Origin: the human T2T-CHM13v2.0 reference genome, Homo sapiens
Strand: one strand, 5' to 3'
NCBI RefSeq assembly: GCF_009914755.1
Contig: NC_060947.1
DNA: 64,000 nt
The notes under the pieces are model-generated. The model ran no database searches and had not been told where the DNA came from. It worked only from the letters and a program-made list of their open reading frames with translations. This document shows, one piece after another, positions 59,496 to 64,000 of this stretch (the first letter of the stretch is position 1; each line of letters opens with the position of its first letter). A program made the translations under genes and the position numbers.

Positions 59496-59950
59496 AATCT
59501 CTGTAACAAAGGCCTACTCTCTACAGAAACTGATTTTTACTAAAGTCTTATCATACCCAGGAAGCAGACAATTTCTTAACTTCATCCCCCTCTAGCCTTC
59601 TCATCTTACCCAATGGAGAAGGAAAGGTAAGAAACGCTTGTAAAGGCCACAGCTCAGACACATACTAAAAGACTGAGATTTAATAAGATAACAGAATGTG
59701 GCTCCTCCTCTATACCTTACCACCAAACAGACAGTGCTCTAGGACACTTGCTCTAGCTGAAAGAGCAACTAAGCATGCAAGCTCTATTTAAGAATGTGTT
59801 CTTAGGAAACCCCAAAGACAAGAGAGACAAAAACAAGAACCCCAGAGGAATTTGAAGTTTCTCACACCCAAAGCTACAGCAAAAATGAGATAAACCCAAC
59901 TCCTAACCATACTAACATAAAACCTGGCAATGTTGACCTTTACCTAAGCT

Positions 59951-60587
59951 CTGTAATCCTGGACACAGTTACCATTTTAAAAACATCACAACCTGCTTAT
60001 TGTTCTGGGAAACAGCTTATTGCAAAGAATCATCCTTCTCCATATGACTTATCTAAGACTTGTAGGAAACCCATTTGTTTACCTAAGACAAGGCCAGGCA
60101 CAGACCTTCCAAATTCCCATTCTAAGTGATTAATTAGCTGAAGTGTTTGTTCCCACCAATTATTGCAAACAAAATGCCTGTTAACCTTGACTTGAGAAAA
60201 TCTTAGTTAAGCATCTTTCCTTCCCATAGTGTCCTGAGGTTTCTCTCAACCCTAAGTTTAAACAATCATTGACATACAGAACAACCAGTCCTAATGATTA
60301 CTACTGAAAATTGGCTGGCATCAAGGAAAGAAATTTCTGGTTCCAGTTACAGTCACACATGTAATAAACATGGAAATCTTATGACCAATCTGATTATGTC
60401 ACTGGTTTATCTCACTTGCCAATAACCAGTTCTTTCTAGCCTTATTTACTCTTTACTATGAAAGAGAATTTCTTTCGTGCTTACTTTTGAGACACTTAAC
60501 AGATTTTGTGCATTCTCCCTATTGCAATAGTCTTTTCAAATAAAGTCTGTCTTTACTGAAGTCTGGAGTTTGTAAATTTCCTCAACC
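59951..60587 (+). mobile_element. ERV1 solo LTR (MER31/MER67-like; family uncertain)
   Basis: TGTAA start; ctccctattgcaatagtcttttcaaataaagtc polyA region typical of ERV1 LTRs. Confidence 0.6.
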
Positions 60588-61356
60588 TCACACTAAAAGC
60601 TTATTCGCCTCAGTTGCTATATACCCTATATATCATGTTGGAATTTCAACAAACATTACAAGTCTAAAGGCAAGAAAAAAAAAACCATCTTCAGAGCCAA
60701 AACAAACATTAGAACCAGTCTCAGGTATGGCAAAGATTTGGGGATTTTCAGGTAGGGAATGTAAAATAACTTTGATTAATATGTTAAGGGCTCTAATGGA
60801 AAAACTAGACAATATGCAAGAACTGATGGGTAAAGTAAGCAGAGATGGAAATTTTAAGTATTAAAAGAAAATGCCAGAAATCAAAAACACTAACAGAAAT
60901 GAAATGGTCTCATCAGCAGACTGAACACAACTAAAGAAAAAAGTCATTTAACTTTAAGATATGTCAATAGAAGCTTTCCAAATTGAAATGCAGAGACAGA
61001 AAACAAATGAAAGAAACAGAACAGCCAAGAACAATGGGATAATTTCAAAAGTTGTAGCATATACATGTATTAAAATGTATAGCATAGCAGAATGAGAAGA
61101 AAGAGAAAATGAATCAGAGGTAATATTATTACATCAAATATTATTATCGTTTGATGTAATAATGGCTGAGAAGTTTCCAAAAAGTTTGGCAGATACCAAA
61201 CCACAAATACAGGAAGCTCAGAGAACACTAAGCACAATAAATACCAAAAAATATATATCCAAGCATAGCATATTCAAACTACAGGAAACCATAGACAAAG
61301 AGAACATTTTCAAAAATACCAACGGAGGAAACAAACAAAAAAATCCACTTTACCTA

Positions 61357-61697
<341 letters not shown>

Positions 61698-63239
61698 GCC
61701 AAAGAGTGGAGTTACACAGTTAAAATGTTGAAAGAAAATAAATACCAACCTAAGAATTCTATATCAAGCAAAATTACTCTTAAATGGTGAAGGAGAAATA
61801 TAGACTGTCTCAGAAAAATCTGAAGGAGTCATTACCCACACATCTGCCCTGTTAGAAGTGTCTAATATTAATCAGGGTAAAGAAAATGTTGTATAGGTAA
61901 GAACTTCAGATTCGCCTAAAGAAATAATGAGAAGGAACATATGAAGGCAGAATAAAATTTTTTCTTTTTTATTCTTAATTGATCTAATTAGATAACTGTT
62001 CAAAGTAATAGCAGTAACAATGTATTGAGTAGTTATAGCATATGAATAAGTGAAATGAATGACCCACTGTTATAAGGGACATGAGGGAAGAATTGGGAAT
62101 ACCATATTACAAGTTACCTTTACTACCCATGAAGTGGTATAATGTTATTTGAAAGTTGACTTAGATCAATAATGAATTTATACTGCAAACTCTAGGGCAG
62201 ACACTAAAATCATTTTCAAAAGAAATATATTTGGTATGTTAAGGGAGAAGAGAAAATGGAAATGTATAAAATACTCAATTAAAACCAGAGAAAACAGAGT
62301 AAGAAAGAAGGAAAAAAACAAATAATAAGTTGCAACTAATAGAAAATAGTTACAAGCATGGGGGATATTAATCCAACTGTAACAATAATCACTTTAAAAA
62401 CAAATGGTCTAAATACCTTAAATAACAGATATTGCCATGGTGGATATAAAAAGAAAGACAAGAACCAACTATATGTTGTTCTACAAAAAAAAATGACGTT
62501 TAGAAAATGTATAACATTACAATTTGTAAAAAGAAAATTGAAATGAGCTAGGGAAAAATATCTGAACCACAAAAACCTTTTTTAAAAAACATTCAGTTAG
62601 CATTTGACTAAGAAGAAGAAGAAGAAAACAAATTAATTCATAAAAAGAGAAAGACTGTTGTAAAATGATGTTAATTATCTCCAGTCTGGTACACAGATAA
62701 GTCAAAAATAGACTGATTTCATATTTATTTGTGAAAAAATTCCCCAGTATCTAAGCACCCACATTAAAAGTCTGTTTAACAGTAGCCACAGTTGGGATAG
62801 TTGAGGGGTAAGAAAAATCATTATATTCGCTTAGGAAAGTAATTGATACTTCAAATAGAATGTTCAGGAATACAGGTAAGAATAAATTTAATTGCTCAAA
62901 AGTCCTATCTCCTGGTAAAAATCTATTTTGTTTTAACTTGAGTTTCTTTTCACAAGCTCATTTTAATATTGAAACAAAAATATATATACATCTATTATGT
63001 ACCCACAAAATTAAAAATAATAAAAGGTATTGAAATGAATAGGATGTGTAAGAAAGTTCTACTCATTTATATTTCAAGATCTTCTACTCCATTTGATTTG
63101 ATGTTTCTCAGTCCAAACAGCTGTGATCCCATGGCCTCATGAAGTATTTCAGTCCCACACTTATTTATACCTATGTTTTTCCATATGTCTTCTTTCTGCT
63201 TTTTATTGAATATGCAAATTCAATGATTTAAAATCAGAT

Positions 63240-63550
63240 CTAATATTCAAGAAATATTTATTGAATACCTACTTTGTGCCAGGTATTCTACTGGACATTT
63301 GGGATACAACAATAAACACAATAGACAAAATGCCTGTTTTTCTGGAACTACACTGGAGAAGGTCAATATCTTAAATTTTACACATCAGCTTTTATTTAAT
63401 CCCTCTTGATAATTATATTTAGTATTTAAAAAATATTTTATGCATAAAGAAACTGAGTCCTAGAGAGGTCAAGTGACTTGTAAATATCACATAGCTAATA
63501 AAAGGCTGGGTCAAGTTCATAACTCAGTTTTGCATTTGACTTTCAGGATA
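63240..63550 (-). mobile_element. L2 3' end followed by MIR
   Basis: aaatatttattgaatacctactttgtgccagg; gaaactgagtcctagagaggtcaagtgacttg. Confidence 0.75.
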
Positions 63551-64000
63551 ACTTCAAGATACGGCATTGTTCTTGTTACAGGAATGATGATGCTACATTT
63601 GAGTAAGAAATGTTTCTAAAAGCAAATTGGAAAATGACCAAGCACACAGCTACTGAGTCCCATCTACTTGTTCAATCTTTTAGGATTTAATGGCCATTCA
63701 CTGATTTCTGTTGCCTTTCTTTTTTCCAGTACTTAGCACAGACATACCATCTTCAGACAGATGCTGAAGTCTGTATGAGAATCAGAATAGTTCAGGCACT
63801 TAGACCCAGTATTTGGGAAAGGGATTGATTTATAGAGAATCCGACATACATAGATGAATGTATATAGTGGATCTTAAATCATAAGGAAAAAGTCCTTAGG
63901 ACTAAAATACATGAGAATGAAGTAAAGCAATGTATTATCTTGGCATGACAGGTCATATTCCAATCAGAAAATAATTTTTCTAATAATCCATCATTTTGGA

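Overview
Primate (human-like) genomic DNA, AT-rich, CpG-poor and dominated by transposable elements. I see no intact host gene, RNA gene or CRISPR array. The only long ORF is the 3' part of LINE-1 ORF2 (2970-4595). Main structures: (1) an antisense AluY joined to a 5'-truncated L1PA inside a single target-site duplication (2554-4832); (2) a 13-kb nested ERV1 stack, a MER57-type provirus carrying a MER61-type provirus, an LTR10C-type solo LTR and Alus (5201-18193); (3) two complete MST MaLR proviruses and a Ricksha MULE transposon; (4) an AluJ split by about 2.4 kb of AT-rich minisatellite that contains an inverted copy of its own left arm (34377-37070); (5) most notably, a decayed, intron-containing minus-strand gene relic at about 41.0-43.6 kb: a KRAB-A exon of ZNF264/ZNF805 type followed by the last exons, 3'UTR and polyA signal of an Aurora kinase C-like gene. 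Family, subfamily and gene assignments come from recalled reference sequences aligned by eye and need RepeatMasker/Dfam and BLAST confirmation.
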